Below are positions 39,669 through 53,655 of a stretch of DNA of 64,000 nt, one piece after another (the stretch's first letter is position 1; each line of letters begins with the position of its first letter). Location: the NCBI GenBank assembly GCA_964016885.1, contig OZ024746.1:30814001-30878000 (forward strand). Direction: 5' to 3'. The stretch comes from Eledone cirrhosa (Eukaryota). The notes beneath the pieces are model-generated. The model was given only the letters and a program-made list of their open reading frames with translations, was not told the DNA's origin and searched no databases. Position numbers and translations under genes: made by a program.

Positions 39669-39742
<74 letters not shown>

Positions 39743-39969
39743 TGTATATACGTTGAAACACGTGTTAGAGAACATAATGTAATAAATCTTTCATATATAT
39801 ATGCGTGTGTGCGTACGTATAAAACATTTATATATATCACATATACGCCCGTTTAATATTGACAAATGTGGGAATGAGTACTGAATACCATATAGTTTAA
39901 TAGTTTATTAAGCCTCATCCAATGATATGTTAGAGATCCACTGCTGAGACTTCGAATGAGTATATACTG

Positions 39970-40136
<167 letters not shown>

Positions 40137-40268
40137 GGTTCAATCAAAATAAATCGTTAAATCAAGTACTGAGGTCGATATGATCGATTAAACTAAGGCG
40201 TTGCCCCAGCATGACCACTCTTTAATGACTGAAACTAATAAAAGAGTAAAAGTATTACACGCACACAC

Positions 40269-40409
<141 letters not shown>

Positions 40410-40626
40410 AACGAGTAGGACCCCGACGGCTGAGCTCAAGCCGTTTCGACGGCTAATTCTGGACTAAATAAAAAATGTTATCCTGGTACATGAATAGCCG
40501 AGCTTCTCAGGGGGTAATTCCATATATGGTAAATGTGATTGTCACAAGGATTGGTCAAAAGTTTGTTGTTGAGACACATAATTCTATCATGGCAATTTGT
40601 GGAAGGAAGGGGTAGCTGAACCAATA

Positions 40627-40690
<64 letters not shown>

Positions 40691-41066
40691 TATTGTATAC
40701 TTCTTTGTAAATAAATGACAATAACAATAACATCAAAAACAACAACAGAAGCAACAGATAGTATTTAACGGGCCTGTGTATACTCTTAGAAATTATGGCA
40801 CAACAACAACAGCAACAGCAACAACAGATCTAGCGTAGTTAAATTATAACCTTCTCTTCCTCTTCAGCAATTTCAATCATAAAAGAATCTTCCTTCCTTC
40901 CTTTTAACCCCCCCCCCCCACACACACACACACACTTTGCTTCACTGAACAGCATCTTGCACCTGCTCTCCTACCTATTCACACCTTTTTAATGTTGTGT
41001 CTACGTGAGTGCCTCTGCGCCTGTTCGTCTCTGTGTATGTGTGTACGTTTCCACGTGTGCGAGCCC

Positions 41067-41122
<56 letters not shown>

Positions 41123-41126
41123 GTGT

Positions 41127-41165
<39 letters not shown>

Positions 41166-41303
41166 CGCGTGTGTGTGTGTGTGTGTGTGTGTGCGTGCGT
41201 GTGTGTGTGTGTATTTTTGTGCAAGTGTGTCTATGTGTTTACATGTGTATGTGTGGGTACATGCACGCCTGTACGTGTGTATTATGTTTGTGTACGATTG
41301 TAC

Positions 41304-41375
<72 letters not shown>

Positions 41376-41730
41376 TGCTCTCTGTAGGTGTGTGTCTGCT
41401 TTGTGCGAGTGTGTCCGTGTGTGAGTATGTGTATCTTTAGGTGTGTATGTTTGAGTGTTAGTATGTGTATGTGTAGTTATACGTGTGTGTATGTATGTGT
41501 GTATATGAGAGTGTTTGAGTGTGTGAGTTTATGTGTGTGTGTGTGCGAGTATGTATGTGTGTGTGTGGTAGCATATGGCGGAAATCCAAATAAGTTATGA
41601 TTTCTGCTTTCTGTCTTTGTTGTTTGATGTGGTTTTTAATATTTTACCCGTTCGTCACACATTTCTATATACAATATACACATACACACATTTACATAAC
41701 GTCTGTGTTTGCGCGTGTGTGTGTTATGTG

Positions 41731-41778
<48 letters not shown>

Positions 41779-41983
41779 ATGTGTAGAAATATCCACGACC
41801 CTCAGCAGACAACTGATGAAGGAAAATTTTCTCCCGTTCATGGTTTCTTCTTATTTATAGTTACACCTTATCCAGCAATTACACAGCCCCTGTTTCTTCT
41901 TCTTCTTCTTCTTCTTCTTCTTCTTCTTCTTCTTCTTCTTCTTCTTCTTCTTCTTCTTCTTCTTCTTCTTCTTCTTCTTCTTC

Positions 41984-42032
<49 letters not shown>

Positions 42033-42221
42033 GCATTGATGTTGTATTTTTAATTTTAATTTTGCTTTGATTCTGTTTTAATATGATTTTAATTTTTGAA
42101 TTTAAATTACCATTCAGAAATAATATAAATGTCACCCCACTGTGCATCAATATATACATATGTATCTGTATGTCTCTTGCGTTGGAAAGGAGGTCATGTA
42201 TGTATACAAACATTGAAAAAT

Positions 42222-42266
42222 GCTCCGAAGACACCAAGCCTCGGTTTCGATGAAACAATTGTAAGC
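42222..42266 (+). ncRNA. Hammerhead-like motif, CCGAAGA core (family E, degenerate)
   Basis: gct-CCGAAGA-caccaagcctcggtttcgat-GAAA-caattg-TA-agc; flank homologous to 57945-58125. Confidence 0.55.
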
Positions 42267-42314
42267 TAATAAATGCTTTGAACATAACTTTGATTCCTGT
42301 GAATTCTCTCTCTC

Positions 42315-42347
<33 letters not shown>

Positions 42348-42487
42348 AGGAAAAAGTATGACCCCGACGGCAGAGCTCGAGCCGTTTCGACGAGGTCATA
42401 CTTTTTCCTAGTTCCCACTCTACTACCCTAAGTATTGAGTACTCTGGTGCGTTATGGTCCATCTGGTTCCTTACCACAATTCCTTCG

Positions 42488-42537
<50 letters not shown>

Positions 42538-42659
42538 CATTGTTGGTGGTGTGTTGGTATTGTTGATGTTGTGTTGGTGTTGGTTGTATTATTTGTGGTG
42601 AATATAGCCCCGCCTGCGCTAGTTTTGCCTTTCATCTTTCCGCGGTCGATAAAATAAAG

Positions 42660-43136
42660 TATTATTGTCTAAAATAAAATGTCAACGTACCAGTGTCAAA
42701 AATAAAGTAAAATATAGTATTATTGCCTAAAATATAGTACTATTGTCTAAAATACAGTACTAATGTATAAAATACAGTACTATTGTGTAAAATATAGTAC
42801 TAATGTCTAAAAGCACACATACTGATTGAATGCTGGGATCTCCAGCCACCTGACTGTGTAGAATTGTAGTGAGTGTATACCTGTAAAAATACGATTATAC
42901 ATACATACATAAGTTCATTTGAAAAATTAAAATTTCCAAAATGAAAAAACAAGAGACAACATTTTTTATGTTAGGAAATTTTCCTAACAAAATCTTAATT
43001 TATAGTACTAATGTCTAAAATATAGTACTATTGTCTAAAATACAATACTAATGTCTAAAATACAGTACTAATGTCTAAAATATAGTACTATTGCCTAAAA
43101 TATAGTACTAATGTCTAAAATATAGTACTATTGTCT
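42660..43136. repeat. 20-bp tandem repeat in two blocks
   Basis: AAAATATAGTACTATTGTCT units at 42707-42812 and 43000-43136. Confidence 0.85.
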
Positions 43137-43576
43137 ATGGTGGTGTTGTGTGTTGGTATTGTTGATGTGTTGGTGTAGTGTTGTGTTGGTTGTGTTTTGT
43201 TGTGTTGTGTTGGTTGTGTTGTGTTGTATTAGTTGTGTTGTGTGTGTTGTGTTGGTTGTGTTGTGTCTGTTGGTTGTATTGTATTGGTTGTGTTGTGTTG
43301 TGTTGTGTTGTGTGTGTAGTGTTGTATTAGTTGTGTTGTGTGTGTTGTGTTGGTTGTGTTGTGTGTGTTGGTTGTGTTGTGTTGTATTGTGTTGGTTGTA
43401 TTATGTTGTGTTGTGTTGGTTGTGTTGTGTTGGTTGTGTTGGTTGTGTTGTGTTGTGTTGGTTGTGTTGGTTGTGTTGGTGGTGTGTTGGTTGTGTTGTG
43501 TTGGTTGTGTTGGCTGTGTTGTGTTGTGTTGTGTTGTGTTGTGTTGGTTGTGTTGTGTTGTGTTGTGTTGGTGGTG
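43137..43576. repeat. (TGTGT/TTGGT)n simple repeat
   Basis: Low-complexity GT-rich tract. Confidence 0.9.
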
Positions 43577-43999
43577 TTAATTTTTTACGATTGGTTAGCG
43601 AGGGAAATCAAAGAAGAAATATTTCATAGCTGTTGTTTGGGTGTTTTACTATCTGTTGTTTAATATTTTGGTATCTTCTGCCTTGACAAGCTGTGTTTAT
43701 TGAGACATAGAGAAGTTGACAGCTTGACAGAGTTTGGGGTAAAGGTGTGAGTGTGTGAAAGATAGAGAGTGAGTGTGAAGGGGGGGGGGGGGGGGGGGAG
43801 ACAGCGTGAAAGTTAGCGTTCTGTGTGTGCGTGAGAGAGAGAGAGAGAGATGGGGAACTATGAGAGTGGTGGTGTGCGTGGGTGTGAGAGTAAGAGTGAA
43901 AGACAGACATAGAAAGATATGAAAGTGAGATAGAGAATGCGAGTAGAAGTGGAGGAGAGTGATGGTAAAGGTAAGAGACAGACAGTAAGTGATAGATAT

Positions 44000-44791
44000 G
44001 TTTCTTTATTAGCCACAGGGGCACAAAAGAAGGGGACAAATACAAAGGGGGAAGTTTACATACAATAAAAACGTATAAAATATTATCACAAATGCAATTT
44101 AAAAATTAGTCGATTTTCCCCAATAGGGGGAGACATTACATATGAGTAACACATACCCCCGAAAAAAATGTGCAACCCTCATCTCCAGGAGTACGAAGAG
44201 TTTGTACTCCTTTCCTCTCCTCCTCTTTTTCCTCAACCTACAGGCTGATATAGAGAGAAGGCCCATTCACTCGGGCCATTCTTGCCACTTTCACCCACCT
44301 TTCATAAAACTTGCTGGGGTACAGCACCTCTCTCTCCATCCTGATTCTTCGTCCAAAGTGGTATTTGAAAAAAAGAATCAGTTGTTCGCCGGAGAGAAAG
44401 GTGTCTGACCTCAGCCCTTTCAACCTTGTCCACCATACAACCTCTTTCGCCATAGCTATCACACAAAGGAAAACCGCCTCGCCTTCGTTTTTGAAGGAGG
44501 GTGGCGGTTTGATCATGACAATGGACTCGGTGGTCAACCGGATTGGTCCCACCCGCGACAATAGTCGTTCTACATAGCCCCACAGGTCGGTGACGCCCGT
44601 GCAGTGTATGAATGCGTGCGCGACGGTTTCTTCGTCTCGCACGCACCCCGGACAGATCTTTTTTACAGGGTCCCTGCCCAGGCGCCCATGTCTGTAGAGC
44701 TTGTCTCGAACTGGTAGAGCTCCTCGGTAGCACTGCCAGGCCAGGGACTTTTGGAAGATGTCCATCGGTCCCGGGCGGAAGGTCCTACCGA
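44000..44791 (-). mobile_element. Tx1/L1-clade LINE, 5'-truncated 3' end
   Basis: ORF 44238-44765 W...RGALPVRD.L.R......CPGC..DEETVAHAF.HC (zf-RVT CCHC); 3' UTR ends AATAAAGAAAC next to (GATA)-like sequence. Confidence 0.85.
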
Positions 44792-44867
44792 ACAGAGAGA
44801 TAGAGATAGATAGAGAGATAGATATATAGATAGCTAGTGAGATATAGATAGATAGATAGATAGATAG

Positions 44868-44938
<71 letters not shown>

Positions 44939-44959
44939 AATAAATAGATATATTTATAA

Positions 44960-45000
<41 letters not shown>

Positions 45001-45001
<1 letters not shown>

Positions 45002-48000
45002 TTCTTATTTGCTACAAGGGCGCACAAGAAAAGGGGACAATACAAAGACATGCCGGGGATTTTACATACAGTCGTGTAAAAAATATAAAAACAAACAATT
45101 ACAACAATCGAAATCCCCAATAGGGGGAAGCGCTACAAATGGGTTGTTTAATACCCCGTCGATAGAACAACCCTCAACTTCAAGAGCGTGTTGTGCAAGT
45201 GCTCCTTTCTTCCTTTTGCTCTCTTCTTTAACCTACAGGCTTATAAACAGAGAAGGCCCAATCACTCGGCCATTTTCGCTTCATTCACCCACCTTTCAGT
45301 AAATTTACTGGGGTGCAGTGCCTCTCTCTCCACTCTGATTCTCCTTCTAAAGTGATACTTAAAGAAGGGAATCAATTGTTGTCCGGAGAGAAAGGCATCT
45401 GTCCTCAGTCCTCTCAATCTCGTCCACCATATAATCTCTTTCACTATAGCCACTGTAAAGAGGAAAACCGCCTCTCTTTCGTTTTTGTAAGAGGCTGGCG
45501 GTTTGATCCTTACTATGGACTCGGCAGTCAACTGGATTTGTCCCATACGCGACAGCAGTTGTTCTGCATAGTTCCACAGGTCGCTTACGCCCGGGCAGTG
45601 TACAATTGCGTGCAAGACGGTTTCAATGTCCTGCTCGCATCTTGGACACGTCCTCTTGGAAGGATCCCTGCCGGGGCGTCCGTGCCTGTAGATCTTGTCT
45701 CGAACGGGTAGAGCTCCTCGGTAGCACTGCCAGGCCAGGGACCTCTGGAAGTTGTCCATAGGTCCCGGGCGGAAAGTCCTACCGAACAGAATGGTGAGTT
45801 CGTCGTCTTCGAGAGGTCCCTACCCGGGCGCCCGTGTCTGTAGAGCTTGTCCCAAACGGGTAGAGCTCCTCGGTAGCACTGCCAAGCCAGGGACTTTTGG
45901 AAGTTGTCCATCGGTCCCGGGCCAAACGTCCTACCGAACAGACTGGCTAGCTCGTCTTCCTCCATGCCCAGAGCCTCTCCGAGAGCGTCGTCGCACTTAC
46001 TGCGCACCAACCCTCTATAGAATGTTGAGGTTGAGTTCCACTGATTGCCGGATCCGCTTGCCCGAGGGCTGTGAGCGCCTGGGCACATTCAATGTGCCAG
46101 TCGCCCATTTTTCTCGGTCTTTGCTTGACCCAGGATTGCAGCTCGGTGAGTGAGACGAGTCTCGGAAAGGCTCGCCTCACAAAAGAGGCCCACGCCGGCT
46201 AACCGGTGAGGAATACCTGGAGGTGCCGTAGCCTTAATGCGTGTCTACGCATCGTCAGCCACGGCATCCCCAGCCCTCCGTTCGAAGGGTGTTGACAGCA
46301 GATGGATCTTCTCACCAAAGGAGACCGCTTCTTCCAAAGGAATTGGAAGAGCGCGCGCTCCGTTTTCGCGAGCGTTTTCGCTGGGCAAGCCACGACGGTC
46401 AAGCGGTAGTAGATGACGGACGCTATATAAGTGTTCGCCACCTCCGCTCGACCTTTCAGGGATAGTTTGCACTCGGCCCACTTCTGGGCGACTGCAAAAA
46501 CCCTGCGTGTTACCTCGTTCCAGTTTTTCTCCACCTGGAGGTCCGGTCCGAACCAGACTCCGAGCAGCTTCACCGGTCCCTCCGTCCAGCGTCCGACGAC
46601 GCCGTCGGAGGGCATCGGTTTGCCTCTCCACGTTCCGAGTTGCAAACCGACGGACTTGTCGCGGTTCAGCTTGGCTCCTGTAAACCTTTCGTATTCCTCC
46701 AGTAAGGTGCCGATCTTCCCGATTTCCGAGGCGCACGACACCATTACTGTCACGTCATCGGCGTAGGCCGACACCGCTTTCCGCAATCCCAGTTCCAAGG
46801 GGATTCCCTGCAACAGCTCCAGTTTCCGAAGTAGTGGCTCGAGAGCCAGCACATACAAAAGGGGTCCGAAAACGTGTCCGAAGCCTGTCGCCGCGAGCAC
46901 TGCATCCAGGTACCGATGGTCGACCCTATCGAACGCCTTAGATTGATCCAAGTTGATCAGGGCCCCACCAAAGCCGCGTTCGTTCCCTACCCTCTCTACG
47001 ATGTATCGCATGAGGTGAAGGTGGTCGTCTATGTACCTGGACGGGATTGCGCATATCTGCGCTTCTCCCACCAGGTTCCCGACGACAAGCGCCAACCTCT
47101 TCGCTAACACCGGTTGACCGGTGAGGAATACGTGGAGGTGTCGTACCCTTAATGCGTGTTTACGCATCATTAGCCACGGCATCCCCAGGCCTCCTTTCAA
47201 AGGGTGTTGACAGCAGATGGATCTCCTCACCAAAGGAACCCGCTTCTTCCAAAGGAATTGGAAGAGTGCGCGCTCCATCTTGGAGAGGGTTTTCCTTGGG
47301 CAAAGCACGACGGTCAGGCGGTAGTAGATGACGGGCGCTGTAACTCTGTAACTCTGTATGACGCCACCTCCGCCCGACCTTTCAGAGATAGTTTGCAACT
47401 GGCCCACTTCTGGGTCAGTGCTAACACCCTGTTCGTAACCTCACCCCAGTTCTTCTCCACCTGGAGGTCTGGTCCGAACCAGACCCCGAGCAACTTCACC
47501 GGGCCCTCCGTCCAGCGTCCGACGACGCCATCGGAGGGCATCGGTTTGCCCCTCCACGTGCCGAGCTGCAGACCGATCGACTTGTCCCGGTTCAGCTTAG
47601 CCCCTGTGAACCTTTCGTACTCCTCCAGTAAGGTGCCGATCGCCCCGATTTCCGAGGCCATCGACACAATTACTGTCACATCATCGGCGTAGGCCGACAC
47701 CGCTTTCCGCAATCCCGGTTCCAAAGGGATGCCCTGCAACAACTCCAACTTCCGCAGTAGTGGCTCGAGAGTCAATACATACAGAAGGAAGGAGAGAGGG
47801 CACCCTTGTCGGATGGACCACGCGATTTCAAACGGCTCCGAGAGGTAGCCGTTCACCTTGACTCTAGAGCAGATGCGGCTGCTGTGCATAGCAGCCCCTG
47901 AAAACGGGTCCGAAGCCTGCCGCCGCTAGCACCGCATCCAGGTAACCATGGTCGACCCTATCGAACGCCTTACATTGATCCAAGTTGATCAGGGCCCCAC

Positions 48001-48997
48001 CAAAGCCGGGTTCGTTCCCAACCCTCTCTATGATGTATCGCATGAGGTGGAGGTTGTCATGGATGGACCTGGACGGGATAGCACATGTCTGCGCATCTCC
48101 CACCAGGTTTCCCATGAACAATCTGGCAAAGTGCTTTTGAAAAGCCTCGCACATCTGCTTAGGTTCAAGGATCACCCGTCCACCCTGGTCTCGCAACGAC
48201 CGGATAGTGGATCTACTCCGTCTTTTGGCTTCTGTCACGCGGACTCAGCTAACAGCTTTGGTCCCCTCGTTTCCCAGAGCACGTATTTTGCTTCGGCAGA
48301 TGCAGCCTTCGTGTTTCGCGTCGAAGAACTGGCCCAGGGCCGTTATCGACGCTAGCACTCTGGCCGCGTCGCCGCTTCTAATTGCCTCTTCTACACTATC
48401 TACCAACTCCCTTTCCTTCCTATTTCTATTTGAGGCTAACTCCTTACTAAATTCTATAGAGACTACTCTAATCTCTCTTTTGAGAGATCCCCACCACCTG
48501 CTGTTGACGATGGCGCCCGTCAACCGCTCCTTAACTAAAATGCTAATCCGGTCCCTGTAAGCCTTACTTGCCGGTAAGGACAAGTTAAGCTTCCAGTAAC
48601 CGGGTCCCAGTCTATGCGTTCTGTCAAGGTTGACCATGCAGGTCACTAACTTGTGGTCTGAATAGCCAACCATGAGCATTTCTGGACAACTTAAAAAGTC
48701 CTTATCCTTATTTCTAACTAAGAACCTATCTAGGTACGACCTAGATGATCCGCTGCGGTTTGCCCAAGTCTAGGTTGGCGCAGTCGGAAAATCTAGTCGA
48801 TATCTACCGGCCAGGTCAAATCGGCCGTTAACCCTTTGAGGCTGTTACACCCCTCTCTATCGGGACAGGCCCCTACGTAGTCCCAACGTGCATCTAGGAT
48901 ACCATTCCAGTCCCCCACTAATAGCAAGGCGCGGGACGTCCCTAGAAAAGTCTCCAGACGATGGAAGAAGTCCAGCCGCGTTGACCCGAAAGGGCCG
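45001..48997 (-). mobile_element. Tx1/L1-clade LINE ORF2 mosaic (APE, duplicated RT, duplicated zf-RVT), decayed
   Basis: LLVGDWN and SDHK..GPGYWKLN (APE); LDQSKAFDRVDH, RQGCPLS, AYADD, KLLGV, GGLGMP (RT, two copies); CPRC...ETVLHAIVHC; bounded by (GATA)n on both sides. Confidence 0.9.
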
Positions 48998-49049
<52 letters not shown>

Positions 49050-49122
49050 GCAGAGTGGAAGTCAAGTAGACAAAAATGGCGGAAGAGGGAGGAGTGTAAG
49101 CATGAGTGTGTGTGTGTGTGTG

Positions 49123-49221
<99 letters not shown>

Positions 49222-50380
49222 TACTTGAGTGCGTGTCTGTGCTTCAGTGCGTGTGTGCTCGAGTGTGTGTGTGTGTTCTTGTGTATATGTGTGTGTATAA
49301 AAGTATGAATAGTACTCCATCTGTTCCGGCGACAAGTGTACCAGTCAATGCGATCAACAGAACGTGTATCCCTAACATAATTCTCAGGGAGATTCAGCAT
49401 GGTACAGTGGTTGACGTCTGTTTGTGGAGAGATAATGAGGAAGGGATGTTTGGTGTCATCTGTCTTTGATTGGATCTGCTTTGATGAACGATGACAATAG
49501 AAACATAAGAACATCATATAAAACAGGATTAACAGTCATAAACAATATTGACAGCCATAAACAAGATTAACAACCACAACTATAAAAGAACATTAACAAG
49601 CACTTTCACTCCAACCACAACCCCTACTACCACCACCACTACCATCACCACCAGCACCACCAGCACCACTGTTACAGTAATAGATAACAAATACGGTAAC
49701 ACAGCCGGTGCAGGCTTAGTGACTTTGAGAAAGGTGGCGGTTCTTATAGAAATTGTTTCTACTTTCGGCACAAGGCCAGCAATTATCCCACTGCATTACT
49801 GGTGCTTTATTTTATCGACCTCGTAAGGATGAAAGGCAAAGTTAACCTTGGCGGGAAAAATACTAGATAGAAAGGTTCTATTGGTCCTGTCACCGAGGAA
49901 CGTAACAAGATACACTGTTATATACAGGTGTATCAACGTTAAAAGTGTGTGACAGAAAAGTCCAGCACATCTAAGGGAGGTTTGGCGACAGAAAGCATTC
50001 ATTTACTGAAGAAGACATTTCGGAAAAATACAGCAAATATTCAACTCTAATAATGAGGTGAGGGTTCATTCTATCACCCCATGAAAAACAAACAATTAAC
50101 CCTCATATCGATGTGTTGCACCGATAGCATGAATTCATGTTATTGGCAATTTCCTATTGTATTTGAAATCATGTGAGACAGATGTCTTTTAACTTTGCCT
50201 TTCATCCTTACGGTGGGATAAAATAAAGTAGCAGTAATGCACTGGGTAATTGGTGGCCTTGCGCCAAAAGTAGAAAAAATGATATAATGGATCTTTCATC
50301 AGAAATGATTAAAATATGTTTTAAACGACAACTGGTCTTCGTCATGGCTTTTAAAGCAATGGTGTACTTCCGTATGCTAC

Positions 50381-50438
<58 letters not shown>

Positions 50439-50540
50439 TGTGTGTTTGTGTGTGTGTATGTGTGAGTGTGTGTGTGTGTGTGAGTGTGTGTGTGTGTAGT
50501 TTTTTTTCCTCCCTTTCATCAAAAGCGTGAAGCTAATAAT

Positions 50541-50727
50541 TGTTTCTACTATTGGCACAAGGCCAGCAATTACCCCAGTGCATTACTGGTGCTTTATTTT
50601 ATCGACCCAGTAAGGATGAAAGGGAAAGTTAACCTCGGCGGGATTTGAACTCAGACCGTAAAGGGCTGTAACTCTATGCAGCAAAGCATGGGGTCCGACC
50701 CTCTACCGATACTGCCAATCGACCGCA
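50541..50727 (-). mobile_element. tRNA-derived SINE (~187 bp)
   Basis: Minus strand GCGGTCGATTGGCAG...GAGTTCAAATCCCGCCGAGG...GTGCC..AGTAGAAAC; same family as 53469 and 55758; partial copy at 49753-49855. Confidence 0.8.
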
Positions 50728-50804
50728 TAACCTAACTAATTGTTTTTGTATCTCTGTGTTTGTCCTTTTTTATTATATATATATATATAAAAGGACATAT
50801 ATAT

Positions 50805-50854
<50 letters not shown>

Positions 50855-50861
50855 ATTATAC

Positions 50862-50909
<48 letters not shown>

Positions 50910-50911
<2 letters not shown>

Positions 50912-51100
50912 CGAAGGAAATGTGGTAAGGAACCAGATGGACCATAACGCACCAAAGTACTCAATACTTAGGGTAGTAGAGTGGGTAATAGTAACGAGTA
51001 GGACCCCGACGGCTGAGCTCAAGCCGTTTCGACGGCTAATTCTAAGTCCAGAATTAGCCGTCGAAACGGCTTGAGCTCAGCCGTCGGGATCCTACTCGTT

Positions 51101-51102
<2 letters not shown>
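50910..51102. mobile_element. Short palindromic element (family B) with the 3' half of a hammerhead
   Basis: gtc-GAAA-cggc ttgagctca gccg-TC-ggg; other copies at 40408, 42349, 51561 and 53013; all in (TA)n. Confidence 0.6.
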
Positions 51103-51157
<55 letters not shown>

Positions 51158-51239
51158 GTTATTCCGGGTTGAATCGGAGGTAACCACAGTAAGTAAGGTA
51201 CTCAATACATTGTAGAGTATAAAAGTTTTAATATAGATG

Positions 51240-51290
51240 AGATTCTACAGGACTAGAACTGTTTCATTCTTTATAAATCATCAGGAATCT
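51240..51290 (-). ncRNA. Type I hammerhead ribozyme (family A)
   Basis: agattc-CTGATGA-tttataaagaat-GAAA-cag...ctg-TA-gaatct. Confidence 0.7.
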
Positions 51291-51325
51291 GGGTATATAA
51301 ATACCATACTTATTTTTTGATACCC

Positions 51326-51376
51326 AGATTCCTGATGATTTCTAAAGAATGAAACAGTTCTAGTCCTGTAGAATCT
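51326..51376 (+). ncRNA. Type I hammerhead ribozyme (family A)
   Basis: agattc-CTGATGA-tttctaaagaat-GAAA-cagttctagtcctg-TA-gaatct. Confidence 0.78.
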
Positions 51377-51388
51377 CATCTATATTAA

Positions 51389-51437
<49 letters not shown>

Positions 51438-51528
51438 TTTCATTACATCTCTTCTTTCCATGATATCCGGAATACATTGAGTTCTTCATACGGATTGGAC
51501 ACTACCGTAAACTCTTGGTAGATTTATC

Positions 51529-51563
<35 letters not shown>

Positions 51564-51691
51564 CGAAGGAGGTGTGATAAGGAACCAGATGGACCATAAC
51601 TCACCAGAGTACTCAATACTTAGGGTAGTAGAGTGGTTAATAGGAAAATGTATGAAACGGCTTGAGCTCTGCCGTCGGGGTCATACATTTT

Positions 51692-51769
<78 letters not shown>

Positions 51770-52062
51770 GATTGGTGCTCTGGAATAGCGATGTATACAT
51801 GAATGTGGGTATAGTATATTTGGCAATATACCGTATGTTTAATTAAAAACATTTAGAAGACTATACGCTATCAGTTTTAAAGTAGTGACTATGTCAATTA
51901 CTTCTTTTCGGCGAAAGAAGGGAGAGAAGCTGACAGTCTGTTTATGTCATGTATACATCGCTATTTCAGAGCACCAATCCTAATACTTAATGTTTGCTGT
52001 ACCGGCAATTGCCCTGTATAATCAGCTCCTGATTATTACTGGAATTCTATAAGAATCCAGCT

Positions 52063-52171
<109 letters not shown>

Positions 52172-52202
52172 GCTATGATATGGCTGTGGCGTTAATAAGT
52201 AT

Positions 52203-52253
<51 letters not shown>

Positions 52254-52410
52254 ATTAAGATTGGTGTTCTGAAATAGCGATGTATATATGAAAGTATGTA
52301 TAATATATTTGGCAATATACCGTATGTATTAATTAAAAACATTTAGAAGACTATACGCTATCAGTTTTAAAGTAGTGACTATGTCACTTACTTATTTTCG
52401 GCGAGTGTGT

Positions 52411-52452
52411 GGTTGTGATGAACGCCAACCAGCGTGAAACAGACTGTCAGCC
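52411..52452 (+). ncRNA. Minimal hammerhead motif with C3>G change (family D)
   Basis: ggtt-GTGATGA-acgc caacca gcgt-GAAA-cag a ctg-TC-agcc; sits at the centre of an inverted repeat (52290-52403 vs 52463-52580). Confidence 0.6.
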
Positions 52453-52579
52453 TCTCTCCCTTCTTTCACTGAAAATAAGTAATTGACATAGTCACTACTT
52501 TAAAACTGCTAGCGTATGGTCTTCTAAATGTTTTTAATTAAACATACCGTATATTGCCAAATATACTATACATACATTC

Positions 52580-52667
<88 letters not shown>

Positions 52668-52749
52668 GTTATTCCGGGTTGAATCGGAGGTAACCACAGT
52701 AAGTAAGGTACTCAATACATTGCAGAGTATAAGAGTTTTAATATAGATG

Positions 52750-52800
52750 AGATTCTACAGGACTGGAACTGTTTCATTCTTTAGAAATCATCAGGAATCT
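52750..52800 (-). ncRNA. Type I hammerhead ribozyme (family A)
   Basis: Same fold as 51326-51376, on the minus strand. Confidence 0.75.
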
Positions 52801-52966
52801 GGGTATCAAAAAATATATATATTTATATATGTGTAGGTGTGTGTGTGTGTCTGTGTGTGTCTGTGTGTGTATGTGTGTGTGAGTGTGTGTATGTGTGTGT
52901 TTGTGTGTGTGAGTGTCTGTGTGTGTCTGTGTGTGTGCCTCTGTGTGTGTATGTGTGTGTGTGTGC

Positions 52967-53015
<49 letters not shown>

Positions 53016-53252
53016 AGGTGGACCACAATGAACCAGAGTACTCGATACGTAGGGTAGTAGAGTGGGTAATAGGAAAAGAGTCAGGACCCCGACGGCTGAG
53101 CTCCGGCCGTTTCGACAGCTCGATCCGAACCAAGCTAGCAGCTGCTGGCTTAGTTCGGACCTAGCTGTCGAAACGGCCGGAGCTCAGCCGTCGGAGTCCT
53201 GACTCTTTTCCTATATATATGTATATATACATATAACCTCGTATCTCCCATT

Positions 53253-53307
<55 letters not shown>

Positions 53308-53348
53308 AAATGAAAATCCGAAGGCAAGGTAAAATTCCAATCATTTAA

Positions 53349-53422
53349 TCACGACACATGTTTCAATAAGAGATAGATCGATTGTGAAGCCATGATCGAT
53401 TATCACTGATCTCATCAGGTGA
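53349..53422 (-). ncRNA. Hammerhead ribozyme, long helix II (family C)
   Basis: tcac-CTGATGA-gat...att-GAAA-catgtg-TC-gtga. Confidence 0.6.
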
Positions 53423-53468
53423 AAACGAATTGTCTTCAAATTCTTGATATGAGGGAGAAAAAAATAAC

Positions 53469-53655
53469 TGTTTCTACTTTAGGCACAAGGCCAGCAAATT
53501 ACCCAGTGCATTACTGGTACTTTATTTTATCGACCCCGTAAGGATGAAAGGCAAAGTCAACCTCGGCGGGATTTGAACTCAGATCGTAAAGGGACGTAAC
53601 TATGCTGGAAAGCATGGTGTCCGACTCTCTACCGATACTGCCAATCCACCGCCCT
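53469..53655 (-). mobile_element. tRNA-derived SINE flanked by an 84-bp direct duplication
   Basis: Same family as 55758; 53385-53468 is repeated at 53656-53739. Confidence 0.85.

Larger units (their letters stand above)
38625..39672 (-). mobile_element. 5'-truncated Penelope-like element: GIY-YIG end plus 3' pseudo-LTR with hammerhead
   Basis: GIY-YIG reading frame followed on the same strand by a hammerhead; flanked by (TA)n. Confidence 0.85.

Noticed and set aside
39755-39770. GAAA-cacgtg-TT half-motif next to the Penelope fragment
   Set aside because: No upstream CUGANGA (replaced by a TA run), so it was not counted as a ribozyme.
41810-41850. acaa-CTGATGA-agg hammerhead-like start
   Set aside because: No suitably placed GAAA-stem-UH and no helix I partner downstream.
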